A DNA stretch of 64,000 nucleotides. Source: Phyllobates terribilis (taxonomy: Eukaryota). Under the pieces are notes generated by a model. That model worked only from the letters and a program-made list of their open reading frames with translations, was not told the DNA's origin and ran no database searches. The translations under genes were made by a program, and so were the position numbers. Location: assembly GCF_046119375.1 (NCBI RefSeq), contig NW_027362767.1:184698001-184762000 (forward strand), given 5' to 3'. Below, piece by piece: positions 24,401 to 36,600 of the stretch (the first letter of the stretch is position 1; each line of letters opens with the position of its first letter).

Positions 24401-24832
24401 TTCAAGCGTATCAGGCGAGAGGCACAAATATGGAAATGGACCAGTGAACAGCTCTTCAGAGTGTCCAAGTGTGGGATCAATTGCTGTCTGACGACACTCG
24501 GCATGGTGGGAGGAAGGAGCAACAGGGTGAGGAGGAGTAGGCGGTCGAGACTCACGGCTACTAAGAGTTGACCGTGTGGAAGACAGACCGGAGGTGGTGG
24601 TGCCCAGGTAACTGGAAGTATTATCTGCTATCCAATTAATAACCTGTTCACACTGATCAGTTCTCTATACTGGTGTTGTTCTGTGCTTCCCTAGTAATTC
24701 GGTCAAGAAGTGGGAGCGAGAAGATGTGGCTGTTGGTTGTGGCACATTTTCACCTTGGCCACGGCCCCGTCCTCTGCACGAACCATCACCAGAACGTCCA
24801 CTTCCACGTCCCTTGCCACGCGCCTTGCCCAT
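21468..24832 (-). pseudogene. hAT transposase (BED finger, DDE, C-terminal dimerisation domain) with a few stops and one frameshift
   Basis: ATG at 24832 gives MGKARGKGRG. Motifs: VWNFFKD...AICSTC...MIRHMAAKH (BED), TTDTWTS, PCLAHVLNL, DVPTRWNST, SERVFSAAG. The four ORF-track pieces between 23930 and 21468 share one frame and are separated by single TAG codons. Confidence 0.9.
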
Positions 24833-24984
24833 TGTAAAGGAAGTAAAATAGCTTACACTTGCACTACCAATGGAAAAAGGGTAATAAAAAGTAGATTAGA
24901 ACCGTGGAAGGGGAAAACCACAGTTCTATTTCTCTGGCCTACACCCGACTCTTTTAAGCAATCTGAACAATCAGGGAGAAACTA

Positions 24985-26770
24985 TTACTGTTTTATTTTA
25001 CGTAAAAAATACCAAAACCTGAATAATAGAGATTTTTTTACCGTGGGATGGCAAAACCACAGTTATTGTTTACTGGGGTATACTAGACTTTTTTTAAATA
25101 TATAGATTTGCGGCTTAACAGTGAGCGACACACTCAAACTGTGTTTTTTTAGATACCAAAGGCCCAAAACTGGATAGTACAGAGATTTGACCCGTGGAAC
25201 TGCAAAACCACACTGGGATTTGTCAGGCCTACACCAGACTATTTTCAACAGATATATTTTTGTGTCACAACAGTCAGGAGACACTACTGTTTTTCTTTAC
25301 GGAAAATATACCAAAACCTGAATAATAGAGATTTTTTACCGTGGGATGGCAAAACCACAGTTATTGTTTACTGGGGTATACCAGACTTTTTTAAATATAT
25401 AGATTTGCGGCTGAACAGTGAGCGACACACTCAAACTGTGTTTTTTTAGATACCAAAGGCCCAAAACTGGATAGTACAGAGATTTGACCCGTGGAACTGC
25501 AAAACCACACTGGGATTTGTCTGGCCTACACCAGACTATTTTCAACAGATATATTTTTGTGTCACAACAGTCAGGAGACACTACTGTTTTTCTTTACGGA
25601 AAATATACCAAAACCTGAATAATAGAGATTTTTTTACCGTGGGATGGCAAAACCACAGTTATTGTTTACTGGGGTATACCAGACTTTTTTAAATATATAG
25701 ATTTGCGGCTGAACAGTGAGCGACACACTCAAACTGTGTTTTTTTAGATACCAAAGGCCCAAAACTGGATAGTACAGAGATTTGACCCGTGGAACTGCAA
25801 AATCACACTGGGATTTGTCTGGCCTACACCAGACTATTTTCAACAGATATATTTTTGTGTCACAACAGTCAGGAGACACTACTGTTTTTCTTTACGGAAA
25901 ATATACCAAAACCTGAATAATAGAGATTTTTTTACCGTGGGATGGCAAAACCACAGTTATTGTTTACTGGGGTATACCAGACTTTTTTAAATATATAGAT
26001 TTGCTGCTGAACAGTGAGCGACACACTCAAACTGTTTTTTTTTTAGATACCAAAGGCCCAAAACTGGATAGTGCAGAGATTTGACCCGTGGAACTGCAAA
26101 ACCACACTGGGATTTGTCGAGAATACACCAGACTATTTTCAACAGATATATTTTTGTGTCACAACAGTCAGGAGGCACTACTGTTTTTCTTTATGGAAAA
26201 TATACCAAAACCTGAATAATAGAGATTTTTTACCGTGGGATGGCAAAACCACAGTTATTGTTTACTGGGGTATACCAGACTTTTTTAAATATATCGATTT
26301 GCGGCTGAACAGTGAGCGACACACTCAAACTGTGTTTTTTTTAGATACCAAAGGCCCAAAACTGGATAGTACAGAGATTTGACCCATGGAACTGCAAAAC
26401 CACACTGGGATTTGTCGGGCCTACACCAGACTATTTTCAACAGATATATTTTTGTGTCACAACAGTCAGGAGACACTACTGTTTTTCTTTACGGAAAATA
26501 TACCAAAACCTGAATAATAGAGATTTTTTACTGTGGGATGGCAAAACCACAGTTATTGTTTACTGGGGTATACCAGACTTTGTAAAATAGATATATTTGC
26601 GGCTGAACTGTGAGCGACACACTCAAACTGTTATTTTTTAGATATAAATGGCCCAAAAGTGGATAATACAGAGGTTTGAACCGTGGAAGTGCAAAACAAC
26701 ACTTCTGCTTCTCTAGCCTACACCTGACTATTTTCAACAGATATATTTGTGTCTGAAAAATCAGAGACAT
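24985..26770. repeat. ~298-bp tandem array (~6 copies) between the hAT 5' end and the transposase ATG
   Basis: Repeated ORF anchors at 25284, 25581, 25879, 26178 and 26476 (spacing 297-299). Each unit has two related accgtgg...gcaaaaccaca halves. Confidence 0.92.
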
Positions 26771-27139
26771 GCTTTTTTTTTTGGTGGGGGACACAAAAAG
26801 GTTAATAAGACGGGTATTTGTACAGTGTGAAGGAGGAAAAAACAAGAGGATTTAGATGAAAAAAAAGGATTTTTCCTGGTCCCTGAGACCTGGAGCTAAG
26901 TCCAGCAATTTCAGCAACAGGAGCAGCACACAAGACTGTAATGCAGCGTTTGCTGGTATAACCACTGCGACTCCTATACAGCCTGCCTGCTTGATATCTG
27001 GGATGGATATTAGTCCTGAGAAGGACTGTTTGTTTGATCTGGCAGCCTTTACAGACCCTACACTAACTATTTCGCAGTATAAATCTCTCCCTAAATCAGC
27101 AGCGCTGTCCCTACACTGTCTGATACGGAGCGGCTGTGT

Positions 27140-27270
27140 CCAAGATGGCGGCGCCCGGTTTTAAATACTCGAGGTGACGCTGTGTGGCCAGCCAATCACT
27201 GTAATGCCCACAACCAACATGGCTGTGGCATTACAGTGACTGGCTGGCAATCCCTGCATGTTCATTGGCT
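27140..27270 (-). promoter_or_regulatory. Putative hAT internal promoter (CCAAT boxes, TATTTAAAA, YY1-type GCCGCCATCTT)
   Basis: On the minus strand the order is CCAAT motifs (27192-27196 and ~27265), tatttaaaa (27159-27167), then gccgccatctt (27142-27152). A similar arrangement occurs at ~31080-31230 in the sister element. Motif inference only. Confidence 0.35.
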
Positions 27271-28554
27271 CTGTAAAGAGCGCCAAACGTGCAGGGCGGA
27301 GACCCGAGCTCCCGCCCGAGTAACCCGGAAATGCTCGGTGCTTGCCGAACATCCCGAGTAGTGAGATGCTCGGGCGAGTACCGAGCAGTGTCGAGCATGT
27401 TCGCTCAACACTAATAATGACCATTGTTACGTTTGGAGGAAAAAGGGAGAAGCTTGGAAGCCTAAGAACACCATCTCAACTGAGAAACACAGGTGTGGCA
27501 GCATCATGTTGTGGGGTTGTTTTGCTGAAGGAGGGACTGGTGCACTTCACAAAATAGATGGCATCATGAGAAAAGAAAATGATGTGCCAATACTGAAGCA
27601 ACATCTCAAGACATCAGCCAGGAAGTTAAAGCTTGAGCGGAAATAGGTCTTCCAAATGGACAATGGCCTGAAGCATACTGCCAAAATGGTAACAAAGTGG
27701 CTTAAGGATAACAAAGTCAATGTTTTGGAGTGTCCATCACAAAGCCCTGATCTCAATCCTATTGAAAATTTATGAGCAAAGCTGAAAAGGCTGCGAGCAA
27801 GACGACCTACAAGCCTGGATCAGTTACACCAGTTTTGTCAGGAGGAATGGGCCCAAATTCCACCAACTATTGTGAGAAGCTTGTGGCAGGAGATCCCAAA
27901 CGTGTGACCCAAGTCATTGAGTTTAAGGGCAATGGTAGCAAATACTAAATACTATTACTAATGAAATGGATGTAAACTTTTGACTTTGCAGTAAGTAATA
28001 AAAATGCCTTAAACCATTCTGTCTCTCTCATTATTCTGGCATTTGGCAAATATTGAAAATTATGGTAATCCTAATTGACCTAAAACTGGAAAGGTTTATT
28101 CTGATTTCATGTCAGATATTGAGAAAAACATGGAGATGTGTCTTTTTATATAGTGTATGGAAACTTCTGGTTTCAACTGTATTTCACACATTCATTTTAT
28201 CTACATGGCTCTATTATTTATCATGACGGACATATGCATTGTATCTCAGTGCAAAAGTTTGGCCTAGGAGCAATTTGGGTGTTTTTATATATTTTATTCG
28301 TTTTGTCCTGGCTTTTGTATTTGCTTTATAATAAAGATTTGTATAGTTAAAATTGAGGAAGTACAACCAATCTTTTGTATGTGTCTTTCCTCTTTTTTTT
28401 AATTAAACAGTTAAGCATGTGGACACTATACCGATATTGCAGGAAAAAATGAATGCCAAATATGCCTGCTTATCTTTTAGGATTAGAAAGAGGGAAATAT
28501 AATTAGATATGTTATAATGATATAATGATATTTTTGAGTCACATGCAATTTTAA

Positions 28555-28925
28555 AGGGGTTGTCCGCTATTCAGACAATCTCTTCTCAATCTTTTGTTTC
28601 CCCATAGAAAAATAATACCACCTATACTCACCTCCGATGCTGGAGCCTTTCCCGCGGTGTTGACACTGGCTCTCCCTAGGCCAATAGCAACCGCTTCATT
28701 GTCTCCTCCTACAGATAAATCCTACATCTGAAAGAAGAGAGAACTGTGGCTGCTCTCTCTCTTCCTCCAGATGTCTGATTTGTCCGAAGGATGGGATAGT
28801 GAAGCGGCCGTAGATTGGCCGCAGGGATCACGTGACATAACACGCAAACCCCAGCAGAACCAGTGCCGACACCACTGGAATGGCGCCGGAATTGGAGGTG
28901 AGTGTAAGCTGTTTGCATAACCCCT
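28555..28925. mobile_element. T2/Kolobok-type MITE
   Basis: ttaa|aggggttgtc ... ataacccct|ttaa: a TTAA TSD with AGGGGTT termini. Confidence 0.7.
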
Positions 28926-29041
28926 TTAAATCATTAAGACTGTCTAGCTTCAAGGTCATATTTGGACTCATTTTGTACTTTCATAGACTGTATGTCCCAT
29001 ATTTTATGATTACATGGAACATGGTGTCGAAGTATCTAAAC

Positions 29042-29210
29042 CAGTGTTTCCCAAACTCCAGTCCTCACGAGCCCCAACACGTCATGTTTTCTGGATTTCC
29101 TTAGTATTACACAGGTGATGGAATTATTATTAAGCCATCAGAAACTGCTACAGGTTCACATGAAAACATGATGTGTTGGGGGCCATGAGGACGGGGTTTA
29201 GGAAACACTG
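29042..29210. mobile_element. Small hAT MITE (169 bp)
   Basis: TIR cagtgtttcc / ggaaacactg with inverted subterminal ccccaaca...catgttttc. 8-bp TSD atctaaac/gtctaaac matches at 7 of 8. Confidence 0.8.
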
Positions 29211-31333
29211 GTCTAAACAATCGATCTCGCACCAATCTTATACCGCTGTGCAAGATTGGTGCATGCGGGTCTCTCTCTTTTCTCTTCTATAGGGGTTATG
29301 GAAATAGCTGATCCCATATTAAAGTTCTCTCTAGTTTAGGGTTGGAAAATGTTCAACACCTGACTGAAAGATGATTCATACATTACATTCAAAATATATC
29401 TGTCTCATATACATTTTATTGATATTTGCCAGCTCTTCTAGAAAGTTCAGGAGGCTCCTGGAAAAATGGGAAAGCTCCCGGATAAATTGGTAAATACTGT
29501 ATATCAGGTGCAGATATTTCCATAGACTACTCCATCAACATGACGCAGAAGAAAACTAGACTGACCGGTCCTTTTTTTTGCAAATTTCAGTCGATCACAT
29601 TTAATCCCCAGGAACAATTATTTTCAGAAAACACAAGGGTGCAAAATGGAAAGTTTATTAACATGTTTCTTCTAGTTTTTATGCACAAACCACCACAGAT
29701 TTTGGCGTAGTTTATATTTGTGTTAAGTGGTTAACCTTGTCAGGCAGTAAGAAAGTTTCAGACAGATTAATTAGTAAAGACTAAAGACAGATGCAAAATA
29801 TAGTTCTAATATACATCTGCCCCAACGGAGTAGGTTTAATTTTCTGCCTGTTGGACAGCACAGGATATGGCATATTTATTGAGAGCCATGTGCCTCTTTA
29901 CAATGGTTCTACAAATAAGTATGGTTTAAGACTGGTGTATGAGACTCCAAAATGAATAAAACTCCACCTATATATTTAGTGTCAAACTTTTTATTGAAAA
30001 GTCATCATGAGGAATCTTTCCAGACATTGAAAGCATAAGTTCATTTAAATAGGAGGTAAGAAAGTAAACACGTTTAATGCAAGAACAAAGGGAAGAAAGG
30101 GGCAAAGGGGAACAGTGATCAGGTTTAAACATAGACCTTGATTCATCAAGACTAGAGATTTTCTCACCTGTCTTGATGAGGGGATGGGGTGGAGTCAGAC
30201 GATCCTGATTCATGAAGAGTTGCAGAACTCTTCATGAATCTGGAGAGTCCAACCAGAGCTGGAGCTGATCATGAATTAGACAAGCTGTGGGGTCATGCTC
30301 TTGTCCCTACTTATTTTTGAAACTGATGTGGAAGTGTCATCATTCATAAAATTTTGATGCAACTTTACACCAAAATTTTGCAACTTTTCGGTCAAAATTT
30401 TGCAAAATTCTCGCAAATTGTTTTGATGAATTGGGGCCAAAGTCAATATTTCATTGTTTATCTTTCTTATATAAAAGTACTACTATGCATAGATATTTAT
30501 TTATTTGAGGACTGTGGAGCAATGATTCGGGGGTAGGTTACAAAGAGAGAGAGACACACCTCCTAAGTGTAGGGTCTGGGTCAGCTTCTAGCTAGTGGTC
30601 CCATATATCATAAACATGTTCAAAATTGTCACATTCAGTTGCCCTTATTCTTTCAAAATGTGTAAGTATGTAATGTGTGTATATGTGTATGTTATTACAG
30701 GGGTCTCCGTTGTCATACAATATAAATCCTAGCAGCCTTGGTAATGAAATGAATGAGGTGATGTGTTATACTAGATGTTTTATATCCTAGAAGAATAACT
30801 GATAGTGAGGCAATAAAGGAGGTGGAGGGAAATTGTATAGCATCAGTAAAGTAATAGCAGGATGGTTTCTACACAAACGTCATAATCTCTAGGTATTTTG
30901 ATTACTGAAACTCAAATCTAAGCATTTTTTTTCACTGAGAATACAGAGGTGTCAATCGTAGTGATGAGTGAACGTGCTCGTCACTGCTCGGTAGTCGCCC
31001 GAGCATCACGGTGCTAGACAAGCTCGGTGCTCGCCGAGTATTTCCGGGGTTGCTCGGCGGGAGCTCGGGTCTCCGCCCTGCATCTTTGGCGCTCTTTACA
31101 GAGCCAATGAACATGCAGGGATTGCTTGCCACGCACTCTAATGCAGTAGCCATGTTGGTTGTGGCATTACAGTGATTGGCTGGCCGCAAAGCTTCAACAG
31201 GTCTATATCAGACCTGGCGCCGCCATGCTCGTCACAGTCTACCCTGGAATCAGGCAGAGTAGGGAGAGGTGCTGCTGCGTCAGGGAGAGATTTGCTTGTT
31301 TAGAGTTAGTATAGGTATTCCACTACATATATT

Positions 31334-32920
31334 GAGTGCATTGTGAAAGTATTTGGCCCCTTTGAACTTTTCTACCTTTTGCCACATTTCTGGCTTCAAA
31401 AATAAAGATATAAAATTCTAATATTTTTGGGAAGAATCAACAACAAGTGGGACACAATCGTGAAGTGGAGCGAAATTTATTGGATATTTTAAACTTTTTT
31501 AACAAATTAAAAACTGAAAAGTGGGGGTGCAATATTATTCGGCCCCCTTGAGTTAATACTTTGTAGCGCCACCTTTTGCTGCGATTAGAGCTGCACATCG
31601 CTTGGGGTATGTCTCTATCAGTTTTGCACATCGAGAGGCTGAAATTGTTGCCCATTCTTCCTTGCAGCTCGAGCTCATTGAGGTTGGATGGAGGGCGTTT
31701 GTGAACAGCAGTTTTCAGCTCTTTCCACAGATTCTCGATTGGATTCAGGTCTGGACTTTGACTTGGCCATTCTAACACCTGGATACGTTTATTTTTGAAC
31801 CATTCCATTGTAGATTTTGCTTTATGTTTGGGATCATTGTCTTGTTGGAAGATAAATCTCCGTCCCAGTCTCAGGTCTTTTGCAGACTCCAACAGGTTTT
31901 CTTCCAGAATGGTCCTGTATTTGGCTCCGTCCATCTTCCCATCAATTTTAACCATCTTCCCTGTCCCTGCTGAAGAAAAGCAGGCCCAAACCATGATGCT
32001 GCCACCACCATGTTTGACAGTGCAGATGGTGTTTTGAGGGTGATGAGCTGTGTTGCTTTTATGCCAAACATATTGTTTTGCATTGTGGCCAAAAAGTTCG
32101 ATTTTGGTTTCATCTGACCAGAGCACCATATTCCACATGTTTGGTGTGTCTTCCAGGTGGCTTGTGGCAAACTTCAAACGAGAAATGGCTTTCTTCTTGC
32201 CACTCTTCCATAAGGCCAGATTTGTGCAGTGTACGACTGATTGTTGTCCTGTGGACAGACTCTCCCACCTCAGCTGTAGATCTCTGCAGTTCATCCTGAG
32301 TGATCATGGGCCTTTTGGTTGCATCTCTGATCAGTCTTCTCCTTGTTCGAGGTGAAAGTTTAGAGGGACGGCCGGGTCTTGGTAGATTTGCAGTGGTCTG
32401 ATACTCCGTCCATTTCAATATGATCGCTTGCACAGTGCTCCTTCAGATGTTTAAAACTTGGGAAATCTTTTTGTATCCAAATCCGGCTTTAAACTTCGCC
32501 ACAACAGTATCTCGGACCTGCCTGGTGTGTTCCTTGGTCTTCATGATGCTCTCTGCACTTGAAACAGAACCCTGAGACTATCACAGAGCAGGTGCATTTA
32601 TACGGAGACTTGATTACACACAGGTGGATCCTATGTATCATTGCCAGTCATTTAGGAGAACATTGGATCATTCAGAGATCCGCACTGAACTACTGCACTG
32701 AAAGTAAAGGGGCCAAATAATATTGCACCCCCACTTTTCAGTTTTTAATTTGTTAAAAAAGTTTAAAATATCCAATAAATTTCGTTCCACTTCACAATTG
32801 TGTCCCACTTGTTGTTGATTCTTCCCAAAAAATTAGAATTTTATATCTTTATGTTTGAAGCCAGAAATGTGGAAAAAGGTAGAAAAGTTCAAGGGGGCCA
32901 AATACTTTCACAATGCACTG
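31334..32920 (-). mobile_element. Tc1 element (Passport-like transposase), frameshifted
   Basis: Long TIRs (gtgcattgtgaaagtatttggcccc...). Fragments [35 protein letters not shown] and [11 protein letters not shown]. Confidence 0.88.
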
Positions 32921-32926
32921 TATATA

Positions 32927-35900
32927 CACTGCTCAAAAAAATAAAGCGAACACTCACATAACACATCCTAGATCTGAATGAATGAAATCTTCTCATTGAA
33001 TACTTTGTTCTGTACAAAGCTGAATGTGCTGACAACAAAATCACACAAAAATCATCAATGGAAATCACATTTATTAACCAATGGAGGCCTGGATTTGCAG
33101 TTACCCCCAAAATTAAAGTGGAAAAACACACTACAGGCTGATCCAACTTTGATGCAATGTCCTTAAAACAATTAAAAATGAGGCTGAGTATTGTGTGTGG
33201 CCTCCACGTGCCTGTATGACCTCCCTACAACGCCTGGACATGCTCCTGATGAGGCTGAGTATTGTGTGTGGCCTCCACGTGCCTGTATGACCTCCCTACA
33301 ACGCCTGGGCATGCTCCTGATGAGGCTCAGTATTGTGTGTGGCCTCCACGTGCCCGTATGACCTCCCTACAATGCCTGGGCATGCTCCTGATGAGGCGGA
33401 GTATTGTGTGTGGCCTCCACGTGCCTGTATGACCTCCCTACAACGCCTGGGCATGCTCCTGATGAGGCTCAGTATTGTGTGTGGCCTCCACGTGCCTGTA
33501 TGACCTCCCTAAAATGCCTGGGCATGCTCCTGATGAGGCTGAGTATTGTGTGTGGCCTCCACGTGCCTGTATGACCTCCCTACAATGCCTGGGCATGCTC
33601 CTGATGAGGCTGAGTATTGTGTGTGGCCTCCACGTGCCTGTATGACCTCCCTACAATGCCTGGCCATGCTCCTGATGGGGCTCAGTATTGTGTGTGCGGC
33701 CTCCACGTGCCTGTATGACCTCCCTACAATGCCTGGGCATGCTCCTGATGAGGCTCAGTATTGTGTGTGGCCTCCACGTGGCTGTATGACCTCCCTACAA
33801 CGCCTGGGCATGCTCCTGATGAGGCTCAGTATTGTGTGTGGCCTCCACGTGCCTGTATGACCTCTCTACAATGCCTGGGCATGCTCCTGATGAGGCTCAG
33901 TATTGTGTGTGGCCTCCACGTGCCTGTATGACCTCCCTACAATGCCTGGGCATGCTCCTGATGAGGCTCAGTATTGTGTGTGGCCTCCACGTGCCTGTAT
34001 GACCTCCCTACAACGCCTGGACATGCTACTGATGAGGCTGAGTATTGTGTGTGGCCTCCACATGCCTGTATGACCTCCCTACAATGCCTGGGCATGCTCC
34101 TGATGAGGTTGAGTATTGTGTGTGGCCTCCACGTGCCTGTATGACCTCCCTACAATGCCTGGGCATGCTCCTGATGAGGCTGAGTATTGTGTGTGGCCTC
34201 CACGTGCCTGTATGACCTCCCTACAACGCCTGGCCATGCTCCTGATGAGGCTGAGTATTGTGTGTGGCCTCCACGTGCCTGTATGACCTCTCTACAGCGC
34301 CTGGGCATGCTCCTGATGAGACTGAGTATTGTGTGTGACCTCCAAGTGCCTGTATGACCTCCCTACAACGCCTGGGCATGCTCCTGATGAGGCTGAGTAT
34401 TGTGTGTGGCCTCCACTTGCCAGTATGACCTCCCTACAACGCCCGGGCATGCTCCTGATGAGGCTGAGTATTGTGTGTGGCCTCCACGTGCCTGTATGAC
34501 CTCCCTACAACGCCTGGGCATGCTCCTGATGAGGCTCAGTATTGTGTGTGGCCTCCACGTGCCTGTATGACCTCCCTACAACGCCTGGGCATGCTCCTGA
34601 TGAGGCTCAGTATTGTGTGTGGCCTCCACGTGGCTGTATGACCTCCCTACAATGCCTGGGCATGCTGCTGATGTGGCTGAGTATTGTGTGTGACCTCCAA
34701 GTGCCTGTATGACCTCCCTACAACGCCCGGGCATGCTCCTGATGAGGCTCAGTATTGTGTGTGGCCTCCACGTGCCTGTATGACCTCCCTACAACGCCTG
34801 GGCATGCTCCTGATGAGGCTCAGTATTGTGTGTGGCCTCCACGTGCCTGTATGACCTCCCTACAACGCCTGGGCATGCTCCTGATGAGGCTGAGTATTGT
34901 GTGTGGCCTCCATGTGCCTGTATGACCTCCCTACAATGCCTGGGCATGCTCCTGATGAGGCTGAGTATTGTGTGTGGCCTCCACGTGCCTGTATTACCTC
35001 CCTACAACGCCTGGGCATGCTCCTGATGAGGCTGAGTATTGTGTGTGGCCTCCACGTGCCTGTATGACCTCCCTACAACGCCTGGGCATGCTCCTGATGA
35101 GGCTGAGTATTGTGTGTGGCCTCCACGTGCCTGTATGACCTCCCTACAACGCCTGGGCATGCTCCTGATGAGGCTGAGTATTGTGTGTGGCCTCCATGTG
35201 CCTGTATGACCTCCCTACAACGCCTGGGCATGCTCCTGATGAGGCTGAGTATTGTGTGTTGCCTCCATGTGCCTGTATGACCTCCCTACAGTGCCTGGAC
35301 ATGCTCCTGATGAGGTTGCGAACGGTCTCCTTTGGGATCTCCTCCCAGACCTGGACTAAAGCATCCGCCAACTCCTGGACAGTCTGTGGTGCAACGGGAC
35401 GTTGGTGGATGGAGTGAGACATGATGTCCCAGATGTGCTCAATCGGATTCAGGTCTGGGGAACAGGCGGCCAGTCCATAGGTTCAATGCCTTCATCTTGC
35501 AGGAACTGCTGACACACTCCAGCCACATGAGGTCTGGCATTGTCCTGCATTAGGAGAAACCCAGGGCCAACCGCACCACCATATGGTCTCACAAGGGGTC
35601 TGAGGATCTCATCTCGGTACCTAATGGCAGTCAGGCTACCTCTGGCAAGCACATGGAGGGTTGTGCGGCCCTCCAAAGAAATGCCACCCCACACCATTAC
35701 TGACCCACTGCCAAACTGGTCATGCTGAAGGATGTTGCAGGCAGCAGATCGCTCTCCACAGCATCTCCAGACTCTGTCACGTCTGTCACATGTGCTCAGT
35801 GTGAACCTGCTTTCATCTGTGAAGAGCACAGGGCGCCAGTTGCGACTTTGCCAATCCTGGTGTTCTGTGGCAAATGCCAAGCGTCCTGCACGATGTTGGG

Positions 35901-36554
35901 CTGTGAGCACAACCCCCCTCTGTGGAAGTCGGGCCCTCATACCACCCTCATGGAGTCGTTTCTTACCGTTTATGCAGACACATGCACTTTTTTGGCCTGC
36001 TGGAGGTCATTTTGCAGGGCTCTGGCAGTGCTCCTCCTGTTCCTCCTTGCACAAAGGAGGAGGTAACGGTCCTGCTGCTGGGTTGTTGCCCTCCTATGGC
36101 CCCCTTCACATCTCCTGGTATCTGCTCCATGCTCTGGACACTGTGCTGACAGACACAGCTACCCTTCTTGCCACAGCTCGCACTGATGTGCCATCCTGGA
36201 TGAACTGCACTATCTGAGCAACTTCTGTGGGTTGTACTGTGGACACCGCCTCATGCTACTGTACCTCTAGGGGTGAGAGCAATGGCAAAATGAAAAACTG
36301 ATCAAAACAACAGCCAAAAAGGATGAGAACAGAGAAACGGTCTGTGGTCACCACCTGCAGAACTGCTCCTTTATAGGGGGTATCTTGCTAATTGCCTATC
36401 ATTTCTACCAGTTGTCTGTTCCATTTGCACAACATCAGGAGAAATTGATTCAAAATCAGTGTTGCTTCATAACTGGACAAGTAGATTTCATAAAAGTGTT
36501 ATTGACTTGGAGTTACATTGTGTTGTTTAAGTGTTCTCTTTATTTTTTTGAGCA

Positions 36555-36557
<3 letters not shown>
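32927..36557 (-). mobile_element. Tc1 element expanded by an internal 71-bp array
   Basis: TIRs cactgctcaaaaaaataaag / tatttttttgagcagtg with TA flanks. Fragments LFTDESRF, GSVMVWGGI and MQDNARPH. Length is 1570 bp with the extra repeats removed. Confidence 0.88.
33178..35315. repeat. Tandem array of 30 x 71 bp derived from the Tc1 transposase 3' end
   Basis: Unit atgaggct(c/g)agtattgtgtgtggcctccacgtgcctgtatgacctccctacaa(c/t)gcctgggcatgctcctg. The span 33178 to 35310 equals 30 x 71 + 2, with one 2-bp insertion. Confidence 0.95.

Positions 36558-36597
<40 letters not shown>
36558..36597. repeat. (TA)20 microsatellite between abutting Tc1 elements
   Basis: Pure TA run. Confidence 0.95.

Positions 36598-36600
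<3 letters not shown>

Larger units (their letters stand above)
13271..27413 (-). mobile_element. Large hAT DNA transposon (14143 bp including a nested LTR element)
   Basis: TIRs tagtgttgatcgagc / gctcaacacta and a perfect 8-bp TSD ataatgac (13263-13270 and 27414-27421). Many subterminal TGCTCG/CGAGCA motifs and an internal transposase. Confidence 0.93.
11023..28179 (+). mobile_element. Sleeping Beauty-like (IR/DR) Tc1 element split by nested insertions
   Basis: Ends cagttgaaaccagatgtttccatacac / gtgtatggaaacttctggtttcaactg with TA flanks and inner direct repeats. The transposase MGKSKEISQDIRQRIVDLHKSG starts at 11400 and continues at 13077-13270 and from 27422. Removing the inserts leaves 1622 bp. 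Confidence 0.9.

Noticed and set aside
33178-35315. Hammerhead ribozyme array suggested by the repeated CTGATGAG
   Set aside because: No GAAA or stem II/III partner in the unit on either strand. The motif is just the junction of the Tc1-derived repeat.
24985-35315. CRISPR-like arrays (298-bp and 71-bp repeats)
   Set aside because: The repeats are head-to-tail with no unique spacers, there are no cas genes, and the context is eukaryotic.
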